From contig JBIPSI010000018.1 in NCBI GenBank assembly GCA_044070495.1, positions 1 through 64,000 on the forward strand: DNA of 64,000 nt, read 5' to 3'. The stretch is from Spirulina sp. (lineage in GTDB: Bacteria > Cyanobacteriota > Cyanobacteriia > Phormidesmidales > Phormidesmidaceae). Below are positions 18,829 to 27,147 of the stretch, in pieces; position 1 is the stretch's first letter, and the number at the start of each line of letters is the position of its first letter. A program made the translations under genes and the position numbers. Under the pieces are notes generated by a model that saw only the letters and a list, made by a program, of their open reading frames with translations, made no database searches and was not told the DNA's origin.

Positions 18829-19929
18829 ATGCGAGCGGTTTTGTGTGGCTATTACGGCATGGGCAACGGCGGCGATGAGGCGCTATTGGCCACGCTGCTG
18901 CAAATGTTGCCCTCCCAAATTGAGCCTCTGGTGCTGTCGGGCAATCCGGCGGAAACAGCGGCCCGCCACGGGGTAGAAGCGGTGCCCCGCAAACAGTTGG
19001 GCGCGGTGATCAAAGCCCTACGGCAGTCGGAATTTTTCATCTGGGGCGGCGGTAGCCTGTTGCAGGATGCCACGAGTCTGCAAAACCCCATTTACTACAC
19101 CGGGCTGATGGCCTTGGCCCAATGGCTAGGGCTCAAAACCATCGCCTGGGGCCAGGGGATTGGCCCCCTAGAACACCCCCTCAGTAGGCGGCTGGGGCGC
19201 TATGCCCTAGGCCATTGCGAAGCGGTGAGCGTGCGGGATAACGGCTCCATGGCGTGGCTGGCCCGCTGGCAGGTGCCGGGGATGCAGGCCCCTGACCCCG
19301 TGTGGGCCTTGGAATCGGCCCCGGTGGAAGGGCTATGGGATCTGCCTGCTCCGCGAGTGGCGGTGGCCCTGCGGCCCCATCCCTGGCTGACGGAAAGCCG
19401 TCTAGACCAAATCACCCAGGCCCTAGCGGCCTTTCAAACCGCCACCCAAACCTGTCTTTTACTGGTGCCGTTCCAGCCCGTGAAGGATTTAGCCATTGCC
19501 GAATACATCCAGCCCCGCCTACCAGGGCCAAACAAAATCTATACCCTCACCGATCCCCACCAGCTCAAGGGGCTGTTTCGCGGCGTGGAGATGACCATTG
19601 GTATGCGGCTGCACGCGCTGATTATGGCCGCCGCCGAGGGCTGTCGGTGCTTTGCCCTCAGCTACGATCCCAAGGTGAGCCAACTGATGGCCGATTTGGC
19701 CCTACCAGGGGTCGATCTCAACCTTCAGCAGCCCCCCGCCGACCCCGCCCAGCGCTGGCCCGACGACGCAGCCACCCTCACCCAACGCTGGATCGAACTC
19801 TATGCCAACGGTGATCCCCTTTCTCCCGATCAAATCCAGTCGCGGGTGGATCGCGCCCTCATGCACCAGGATCTCCTCCATGATGTGATTGGGGTCGCCT
19901 GTAGCCTGAGTTCCCGATCCCAATGGTAG
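18829..19929 (+). CDS. csaB: Polysaccharide pyruvyl transferase CsaB
   Basis: GYYGMGNGGDEA, GGGSLLQDATS, GQGIGP, GMRLHALI, SYDPKV. Confidence 0.92.
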   Translation: MRAVLCGYYGMGNGGDEALLATLLQMLPSQIEPLVLSGNPAETAARHGVEAVPRKQLGAVIKALRQSEFFIWGGGSLLQDATSLQNPIYYTGLMALAQWLGLKTIAWGQGIGPLEHPLSRRLGRYALGHCEAVSVRDNGSMAWLARWQVPGMQAPDPVWALESAPVEGLWDLPAPRVAVALRPHPWLTESRLDQITQALAAFQTATQTCLLLVPFQPVKDLAIAEYIQPRLPGPNKIYTLTDPHQLKGLFRGVEMTIGMRLHALIMAAAEGCRCFALSYDPKVSQLMADLALPGVDLNLQQPPADPAQRWPDDAATLTQRWIELYANGDPLSPDQIQSRVDRALMHQDLLHDVIGVACSLSSRSQW

Positions 19930-19979
19930 GGGATCTGGAAGGATCTACCCCGACGGTTCTACCTTTTGATCATCAAGAC

Positions 19980-20129
19980 TATAGCGGTTCTCGATAGGGT
20001 GAAGTACACCCTTGCTAGGTTCTAGATCCCCCCAGTACTTAGCTGTCTCAGGCTTACTCTATACCCCCCTTATCAAGGGGGGAAGGGGGGATCATCGCAA
20101 TGTACTTTACCCAAGTGAAATCCGCTATA
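19980..20129 (+). mobile_element. 150-bp MITE with TATAGCGG ends (IS630-like), copy 1
   Basis: TATAGCGGTTCTC...GAAATCCGCTATA; colinear with 31483-31632 and 56498-56647 (both inverted). Confidence 0.8.
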
Positions 20130-20164
20130 TTTGAGCATCAAGGTTATACGATGCGGTTTGGATA

Positions 20165-20512
20165 TCAATGCTCCAGCGTTTGCTGAAGGGTGGCAACAAA
20201 GGCTTCAAGCTGATCGATTTTAGTCAGCATTTGCCGTTGCCGTTGCTGTTGGGTGGTGGGTTGACGGGCCGTTTGCAGAAAGGCAATATCCATCGCCATC
20301 AGCCGCAGGGTACGGTTCATTTCCGTCAGTAGCGGTTGAAGGGCTGTGTTCCCTGAGGCGTCCTCACCCCCAAGGGGAAGCACCTGCCGCTGAAAGACCT
20401 GCTGCATTGTTAAAAAGATACCCTGAAGTTCCCTAGGATCCGGGTTGCTCCGCTGGCAGAGACCACGGAGGACAGACAGGGAGGACTGGATGGCCTGACT
20501 GGGGGGTAGCAT
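20165..20512 (-). CDS. patD: PatD-like small protein
   Basis: MLPP start; TEMNRTLRLMAMDIAFLQTARQPTTQQQRQ motif. Confidence 0.65.
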   Translation of the reverse strand: MLPPSQAIQSSLSVLRGLCQRSNPDPRELQGIFLTMQQVFQRQVLPLGGEDASGNTALQPLLTEMNRTLRLMAMDIAFLQTARQPTTQQQRQRQMLTKIDQLEAFVATLQQTLEH

Positions 20513-20574
20513 GGCAGGGCTGGCAAGGAAACCAGCAAAATCATAGAACATTTACGACGAATGCTGATAATTTG

Positions 20575-20590
20575 ATAGAATCAAATCTAT
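20575..20590. promoter_or_regulatory. NdhR/CcmR box ATAG-N8-CTAT (autoregulatory)
   Basis: ATAG AATCAAAT CTAT, 35 nt upstream of the LysR start. Confidence 0.75.
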
Positions 20591-20625
20591 AGAAAAGTTC
20601 GTTTGCCCACCAGGGAGGCAGAACG

Positions 20626-21660
20626 TTGATTCATGCGACGCTCCATCAGCTAAAAGTCTTTGAGGCCACCGCCCGCCATGGTAGCTTTACCCGCGCAGCG
20701 GAGGAACTATACCTCACCCAGCCCACGGTGTCGATTCAGGTGAAGCAACTCACCAAAGCCGTTGGTCTGCCCCTCTTCGAGCAAATTGGCAAGCGCCTCT
20801 ATCTTACCCAGGCGGGGCAAAAGCTCCTAGAAACCTGCCAAGAAATCTTTAGCGGCCTCGATCAGTTTGAAATGGCGATTTCAGACTTGAAGGGCCTCAA
20901 GCAAGGTCAGCTTCGCCTAGCGGTGATTACCACCGCCAAGTATTTTGTACCCCGGCTGCTGGGGCCTTTCTGTCAGCGCTTCCCTGGTATTGATATTTCC
21001 CTCAAGGTCACCAACCACCAAAATATCCAGGAACGCATGGCCAACAACGATGATGACCTCTACATCATCAGTTCGCCACCCGATCAACCCGACCTCAACA
21101 TTCATCCCTTTTTAGAAAATCCCCTGGTGGTGATTGGGCCGAAGGATCATCCCCTGGCAGGCAAAACCAACGTGCCCATTCAGGCCCTCAACGGTGAACA
21201 ATTCATCATGCGAGAACCGGGTTCTGGTACGCGCTGCGCTGTTCAGAAGCTCTTTTCAGAACATAATGTAGATGTCAAAGTGCGGCTGGAATTGGGCAGC
21301 AACGAAGCCATTAAGCAGGCCATTGCTGGCGGGCTAGGTATCTCGGTTTTATCGCTTCACACCATCATCTCTGAAGGCACCAATGGCGAATTTGCCATCC
21401 TCGACATCGAGCATTTCCCCATTGAGCGGCACTGGTATGTAGCGAGCTTGGCTGGCAAGCAACTCTCCGTTGTCTCCCAGGCCTTTTTATCTTACCTCCT
21501 AGAGGAAAGCCACGCCATGGTAGAGAAATTCCTACCGGGGATTAACCACCTGCCGAGGCAGGCCTCCTCTCCCCCCAAGCTGGTGGCTCAGCCTGCAACG
21601 GAGGTGGTCTCAGCCCAGGAGAAAGACCGGAGCCGCACCACCGTTAAAGCCTCTAACTAA
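20626..21660 (+). CDS. ndhR: LysR-family CCM regulator NdhR/CcmR
   Basis: ATLHQLKVFEATARHGSFTRAAEELYLTQPTVS...LKVTNH; resembles NdhR more than CmpR; TTG start. Confidence 0.8.
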   Translation: MIHATLHQLKVFEATARHGSFTRAAEELYLTQPTVSIQVKQLTKAVGLPLFEQIGKRLYLTQAGQKLLETCQEIFSGLDQFEMAISDLKGLKQGQLRLAVITTAKYFVPRLLGPFCQRFPGIDISLKVTNHQNIQERMANNDDDLYIISSPPDQPDLNIHPFLENPLVVIGPKDHPLAGKTNVPIQALNGEQFIMREPGSGTRCAVQKLFSEHNVDVKVRLELGSNEAIKQAIAGGLGISVLSLHTIISEGTNGEFAILDIEHFPIERHWYVASLAGKQLSVVSQAFLSYLLEESHAMVEKFLPGINHLPRQASSPPKLVAQPATEVVSAQEKDRSRTTVKASN

Positions 21661-21695
21661 CCACCCCATAGGCAATTTGAACCTGGTATAACTGG

Positions 21696-22658
21696 ATGCA
21701 TCACATCCCCGATGTATCCATGATTTCCTACGTTCAAACCACTGTTCTCCCCTATCTTAGGACTCAAATCCTGCCCTCCAAACCCGCACAACTTCTCATT
21801 CAAACGGGCCTCAAGTGGGATCGCGATAATGTCCCTGGTATGGCGGCAGCGCTCTCGTACTATGCGCTGTTCTCCCTATTTCCCCTGCTATTGGTCTTGT
21901 TGAGTATTGTTGGGGTTTTAATTGGGCCAAATACCCAGGTCTTTGAAACTATCCAGGACACGATTGAGCGTTTCTTGCCAGCGGAAGCCCACGATTTAAT
22001 CAGAGACACCCTGATCGCTCTCCATCAAAATAGCGTTGGCGCTGGCCTAGTGGGGTTTGTGCTTCTGCTGTTTATGGCTAGCACAATTTTTGTGATTCTT
22101 AAGCGCTATGTGAATCAAATTTGGCAATCCCCCAGCCGCGTTACCGAGGCGGGTTCTCCGGTCAAAATGGCGCTTTTCTTTGTCGCCAATAAGATCTCTG
22201 GTTTCTTGCTTGTTTTTGGTACGGCACTGTTGTTATTTGCCTCCCTCGTTTCCAACATCATCATCAAAATTATTCTGAAACTGGTGAATGAGTTTCAAGA
22301 CCTACTCCCCTTCGTGCAGATTGATGAACTACAGCTCAGCCGAGGGCTACAGGTTAGTTCATCCCTTTTTATTCTGTCGATTGCGATCTGTATTCTCTTC
22401 AAAATTCTGCCGACGGTGCGCCTCAGTTGGAATGACGTTTGGTTAGGGGCCTTGATCACCGCTTCCGCCCTCGTTGGCCTACAGCAATTGGTCAGCAACA
22501 GCGTCATTTCCATCGGCAGCCGCTTCCTATCCTATGGCGTGATTGGCAGCGTTATGGTTCTGATGCTGTGGATTTTTCTGGCCTGCCAAATTTTCTTCCT
22601 CGGCTGCGAGTTCTCCTACGTCTATGCCCACCTATTTGGCAGTCGTCGCCCCCGCTAA
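21696..22658 (+). CDS. YihY/BrkB family membrane protein
   Basis: AAALSYYALFSLFPLL, YGVIGSVMVLMLWIF...FFLGCEF. Confidence 0.9.
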   Translation: MHHIPDVSMISYVQTTVLPYLRTQILPSKPAQLLIQTGLKWDRDNVPGMAAALSYYALFSLFPLLLVLLSIVGVLIGPNTQVFETIQDTIERFLPAEAHDLIRDTLIALHQNSVGAGLVGFVLLLFMASTIFVILKRYVNQIWQSPSRVTEAGSPVKMALFFVANKISGFLLVFGTALLLFASLVSNIIIKIILKLVNEFQDLLPFVQIDELQLSRGLQVSSSLFILSIAICILFKILPTVRLSWNDVWLGALITASALVGLQQLVSNSVISIGSRFLSYGVIGSVMVLMLWIFLACQIFFLGCEFSYVYAHLFGSRRPR

Positions 22659-22733
22659 CGCCCTAGCCTTGGCAGAGCCGATGGACATCAGAACCTGGCT
22701 GACTGACACAACGCCGAAAAGCATTGATCTCTC

Positions 22734-22818
22734 GTAGGTTGGGTGGCGCGATAGCAGAACCCAACAAGCCCAAAATTCTCGGCGAGTGTTGGGTTCCGCT
22801 TCGCTGCACCCAACCTAC
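22734..22818. repeat. REP doublet (GTAGGTTGGG...CCCAACCTAC family)
   Basis: Inverted termini and two internal hairpins; single arm also at 43725-43756. Confidence 0.8.
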
Positions 22819-22844
22819 TTTGGAGATGTATCAGACAATCAGCA

Positions 22845-24500
22845 TCAGAACTGGAGGTTGAGATCCTCTGGGTCGCGATTACGCAGATCCTCCGGTAGGG
22901 TAGGGGGCTGACTCTGGACGGATTCGGGCAGGCTGAGGTTGGGCTGGGCGGATCTGGGCGGCTGGGCTGGCGAGGGCGGACGGCTGGCCGGGGCATTCTC
23001 GGCGGGTGGATTGGATCGTGGGGCGTTGGACGGCGGAGCGTTAGTGCGTTGGCCTTCGGGGTTAATGATAACGGGGGGCGGATTGGGGTTGGGGTTAAAG
23101 GTTTCAAAGGTGACGGCCCGCACGATGGGCGGATTTTGGCCATCGCTGACCCGCAGCGTCAGGGTAGTGGTACCTGTGTGTGCCAGGGGCAAACGCAGGC
23201 TACCGGATTTTCCGACGGTGCCTGGGGAGGGCAGGAGTTCTACCTGGGCCGTCGATCCTCCCTCCACCTGCCAGTCAAGCTGGAAGCCAGGGATGGGTTG
23301 CCCTGGTTCTACGGGGACGGGGTACTTGGGCGCGGCCTCGCGGCCATTGATGCGAAAGGCGGTAATGGCGATGGGGCGGGGTTGAATTTCCACCACCTCG
23401 CTGACCTTAGTGATGGGCGCTTCGGTCTCTCCTAGGCCCATGGGAATAGGGGTGAGTTCAAACTGGTATTGGCCAACTTCAACCATCCCCGTGGGCACCC
23501 CTTGGCAGACTAGGTGTTGGCCCAATTGGCAAAAGGGTTGCAGTTCCTCTGGGAGGGTTATTTGGGTGGGGTTCTCAGGGTTACGCAGGGAAAAGCGACG
23601 ACCGCCCAGGGTGGTACCGCCAGGATCGCGCACTACTAGAAGCAGATCTTGCAACACCTCTGGATGGGTGACAATCCAGCTCAGGGTCACCCCGTTTCCG
23701 GTTACCGGAGGGGCCAGGGTGGGGGTATTGGCGCTGACGGGGGTGCCCGCTTCGGAATAGATCACCTGCTGGGGCACGAGTTCCAGCGCTATGGGCATGG
23801 GCCGCTGGGTGAGGGTGACGAGGCTGCTGGTGGCCTGCACGGGGGGCAGATTCAGGGAGGCTTTGGGCAGCAGGGTGATCTCAAAGCGGTACTGACCGGG
23901 CTGGCGCACCTGGGTGGGCACGTTTTGGCAGGTGAGGCGCTGACGGGTTTGGCTACAGTAGGCCAGCAGTTCCACGGGCAACGGGCCGGAGAGATCGTAG
24001 GACTGGGGTTCGCCCACCAGGGATCCTTCGGCGCTGAGGGTTCGCACGATCAGGGACTCCACCTGGCGAGGATGGCTGATCTGCCAGTTTAGGAGCGGGG
24101 TTTCCTGTTCGGTGACGGCATACTGGCTGGCGGAGGGCGACACATCTAGCACGTAGGGGCGCAGGGGCGGACGCAGCAAAGCCCACAGCCCGTAGCCCAC
24201 TCCACCCAAGGCCAAGAGACCCGCCCCCCAACGCAGCCGTTGCCGCCAAGGCCGAGGACGGATGGGCGATCCTCCAGGAGAGGATGCAGCCTGGGGAGCC
24301 AAGGCTAGGGCCGCAGCGGTGGCGGGCGCATCGGCGGACATCGCTGACCCAGGGGCCGTATCCGACGAAGTTTCCCCGTTTACCCCATCGGCGGTTTGCC
24401 ACGGCTCAATCTGAGGTCTAGTCATGGTTTTGCGGTCTCCTCCCATATCACCAACGGCGAGCGGGGTTGCCGCCGCCCAGTGAACCATCATCCACTGCAA
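22845..24500 (-). CDS. Hypothetical membrane-anchored protein with duplicated Cys-pair beta-rich domain and Pro-rich tail (true start maybe ATG 24425)
   Basis: Single TM; LPVELLAYC..LTCQNVPT..GQYRFE repeated as LPEELQPFC..LVCQGVPT..GQYQFE. Confidence 0.65.
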   Translation of the reverse strand: MQWMMVHWAAATPLAVGDMGGDRKTMTRPQIEPWQTADGVNGETSSDTAPGSAMSADAPATAAALALAPQAASSPGGSPIRPRPWRQRLRWGAGLLALGGVGYGLWALLRPPLRPYVLDVSPSASQYAVTEQETPLLNWQISHPRQVESLIVRTLSAEGSLVGEPQSYDLSGPLPVELLAYCSQTRQRLTCQNVPTQVRQPGQYRFEITLLPKASLNLPPVQATSSLVTLTQRPMPIALELVPQQVIYSEAGTPVSANTPTLAPPVTGNGVTLSWIVTHPEVLQDLLLVVRDPGGTTLGGRRFSLRNPENPTQITLPEELQPFCQLGQHLVCQGVPTGMVEVGQYQFELTPIPMGLGETEAPITKVSEVVEIQPRPIAITAFRINGREAAPKYPVPVEPGQPIPGFQLDWQVEGGSTAQVELLPSPGTVGKSGSLRLPLAHTGTTTLTLRVSDGQNPPIVRAVTFETFNPNPNPPPVIINPEGQRTNAPPSNAPRSNPPAENAPASRPPSPAQPPRSAQPNLSLPESVQSQPPTLPEDLRNRDPEDLNLQF

Positions 24501-24775
24501 TTATTCCTCGGACAATCCTGGACATCATAAAGGCTAGCCTCCCAGTATGACAGGGCCACCCTCTCTCCACCTGTTCAACCCCCAGGATAGCTCCCCACCG
24601 CAGGGGCGCATCCGGCCAAGGGGATTGAACCAGGGCAAGCCTTTACCCAAGACGACCATGCTAAACCCTGGGTTCCCTAGACACCCTAGCCGAGTCATCG
24701 CCGCCCTAGGGCTTTCGCTCGAAGGGCTGTCCACTACAATCGTGACAGTGATTTGCCCTTGCCGGACTCTCCCCC

Positions 24776-26872
24776 ATGCCTGAGCCTATTACCCAGCGCA
24801 ACGGTCGCTTTGCCGATTCTGCCTTCACCCGCCCCGCCCCTGGCACCGAATTGACCTGCTCTATCCTGGTGGTGGGTGGGTCTACCGCCGCCTACACGAC
24901 GACCCTCATGGCCCTGCGGTTGAATTTGGATGTGTGCCTGGTGCAGCCCCAGGCGGTGGTGGGCGGACAGTTTACGGCCCAGGCGTTGCCCGCCTCCGAT
25001 GATGGTGACTTGCTGCGGGCCAAGGCCACCCTTCAAACCCTAGACGGAGAGCGGTTTGCTATTTCTAGGGCGCAACGCGAGTTTCGGGAACGCCAGCGGG
25101 AGCTACAGCCCGTGGCCCAGCGCAAGGTGGAGAATCCTGGCGGCGGCTGGGTCAGCCCTTTGGCGACCACCCCAGTGGTGGCAGCGACGGCCATGAACGA
25201 GGCGCTGATTCCCTACCTGCGGGACAGACGGCTGACTCTAATTCCCTTTGCGGAACCCGTGGAAGTCCGATTCGCCACCGATGGCCCCCGACCCAGGGTG
25301 ACGGGGGTGGTCTGCCGCGATACCCAAACGGGAAATACCTTCACCATCAACGCCAAGGTGACGGTGGAGGCAACGGATTTGGGCGACCTGCTGGAGGTGG
25401 GACAAATTCCCTCCCGTGTGGGCCAGGAAGCCCGCCAGGAAACCGGAGAGGCGATTTTGCCAGAGGATGCCCGTCCCCAGTGCCAACAGTCGATTACCTG
25501 GGATGCCGTGGTGGAATGTGCTAAGCCTGGACAGGGGCTTCCCATCGGTGCCCCGGAGGGCTACGGGCAGGCCAGTTGGCTGAACATCCAGGAATTTACG
25601 GCCCACTTTTGGACGAAAAACAGCAAGAGCTGGAAAAAGTGGGAATTTTTCAGCGATTTTGGTATCTTTCGCTATCGTCGCCTCTATCGGGTCAAGTCCC
25701 ACGAAAAGACCGTCACCCCAGGGGATGTGGCGGTGATTAACTGGGGCACCTCCAGCGAGCCAAATCGGGCCTTTTGCTGCGGCAACGACTATCGCCCCGG
25801 ACGCCTGGTGGGGGTAAGCCGGGAGGAACGTCAGCAGCACCTTCAGCGGGCCAAGCAACGCACCCAAGCCTACCTCCACTATCTGCACAGCCAGGGCGGC
25901 ATCGACCTCAAACCCAGGGGCGACCTGACCTGGACGACGGACGGCCTCGCCCTAGAACCCTACATCCGCGAAGCTAGGCGGGGGGTGGCTCTGACGACGA
26001 TTCGCCATGAAGATGTGGCCGAGAGCTTTTTCCCAAATCAAGCCAGGGCAACGTGTTTTGACGATTCCGTCGGCATTGGCCAGTACCACTACCTCGACCT
26101 CCACGGCAATGATGCCCAGGGCCACATCACCCCCAAGGGCAAGGATGTGATCGCCCTACCCTTCACCCTGCCCCTGGGTGCCCTCGTTCCGGCTAACACC
26201 GACGGCTTGATCCTCTCGGCCAAGAGCATTGGCACCACCCACATCACCAACTCGGCCTACCGTATGCATCCGGTGGAATGGACGATTGGCGAGGCTAGCG
26301 GAGTGCTAGCGGCCTTTACCCTGTGGACGGGGCTGAATCCGAGGGATCTGGCCCAGCAAGAACGCCATGTTCGCAAAATTCAGGGGCTGATGGCCCGCAA
26401 CGGCATTCCCATCTTTTGGTTCAACGACGTGGCCCACACCGACCCCGACTTTGAGGCCATTCAGGTGATGGCAACGGCGGGAATGGTGCGCAGCGAAAAC
26501 GCCAACAGCCTGAGTTTTCGGCCCTATGCCCCGGTCAGTCGGGCGGTGGTGGCGGCGGCCTTGGTGAGTGTGCTGAAGCTGCCTCGGTCTAAACCCACCC
26601 AGCCCACCTTCCAAGACGTGTCGCCCGAACACTGGGCCTACGACGCCATCGAAACCCTCTCGGCCCACGGCATGGTGGCCGGGATCAATGCCAATCAGTT
26701 TGCCCCAGATCGCCCCATTACCCGCCAACAGCTTAGCTTTCTGGTGAAACGCGCCATGCCCACCGCCTACGATCAAGCCTTTATGCGCACCCCCACCGAC
26801 GGCCAAAACCTTCAGCGGCGGGAACTCTCACGGGTGCTCTACGAAGTCCTCAAGGGCCGTCTAGGGTTGTAG
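24776..26872 (+). CDS. FAD-dependent oxidoreductase with C-terminal SLH domain
   Basis: ILVVGGS, VGGQFT, EATDLGDL, PYIREARR, YRMHPVEW; SLH FQDVSPEHWAYDAI...FAPDRPITR. Confidence 0.85.
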   Translation: MPEPITQRNGRFADSAFTRPAPGTELTCSILVVGGSTAAYTTTLMALRLNLDVCLVQPQAVVGGQFTAQALPASDDGDLLRAKATLQTLDGERFAISRAQREFRERQRELQPVAQRKVENPGGGWVSPLATTPVVAATAMNEALIPYLRDRRLTLIPFAEPVEVRFATDGPRPRVTGVVCRDTQTGNTFTINAKVTVEATDLGDLLEVGQIPSRVGQEARQETGEAILPEDARPQCQQSITWDAVVECAKPGQGLPIGAPEGYGQASWLNIQEFTAHFWTKNSKSWKKWEFFSDFGIFRYRRLYRVKSHEKTVTPGDVAVINWGTSSEPNRAFCCGNDYRPGRLVGVSREERQQHLQRAKQRTQAYLHYLHSQGGIDLKPRGDLTWTTDGLALEPYIREARRGVALTTIRHEDVAESFFPNQARATCFDDSVGIGQYHYLDLHGNDAQGHITPKGKDVIALPFTLPLGALVPANTDGLILSAKSIGTTHITNSAYRMHPVEWTIGEASGVLAAFTLWTGLNPRDLAQQERHVRKIQGLMARNGIPIFWFNDVAHTDPDFEAIQVMATAGMVRSENANSLSFRPYAPVSRAVVAAALVSVLKLPRSKPTQPTFQDVSPEHWAYDAIETLSAHGMVAGINANQFAPDRPITRQQLSFLVKRAMPTAYDQAFMRTPTDGQNLQRRELSRVLYEVLKGRLGL

Positions 26873-27147
26873 ATTGTTCCCCACCCCTAGCCGCCGATAG
26901 CCTTGGAATCTAACCGATAAAATCCTGGCAGTCGGTGTGCATTGGAGGTGTTAGCTGGTACTTGCCAGTTGTAGGTGGCGATCGCCCTATGCGCGGGTCT
27001 GAATCGGTAGGCGGTGCTGAATTACTGGATTCTGGCTCTCCTTCAACCGACCTGCTAGGCCACGGATTTAAAGTTTTACTAGCCCATCACGCTTTGGCCT
27101 TGGGCTGAATCGCTAAACTTCTAGAGAAACCACCTCCTTGGTGTGGC

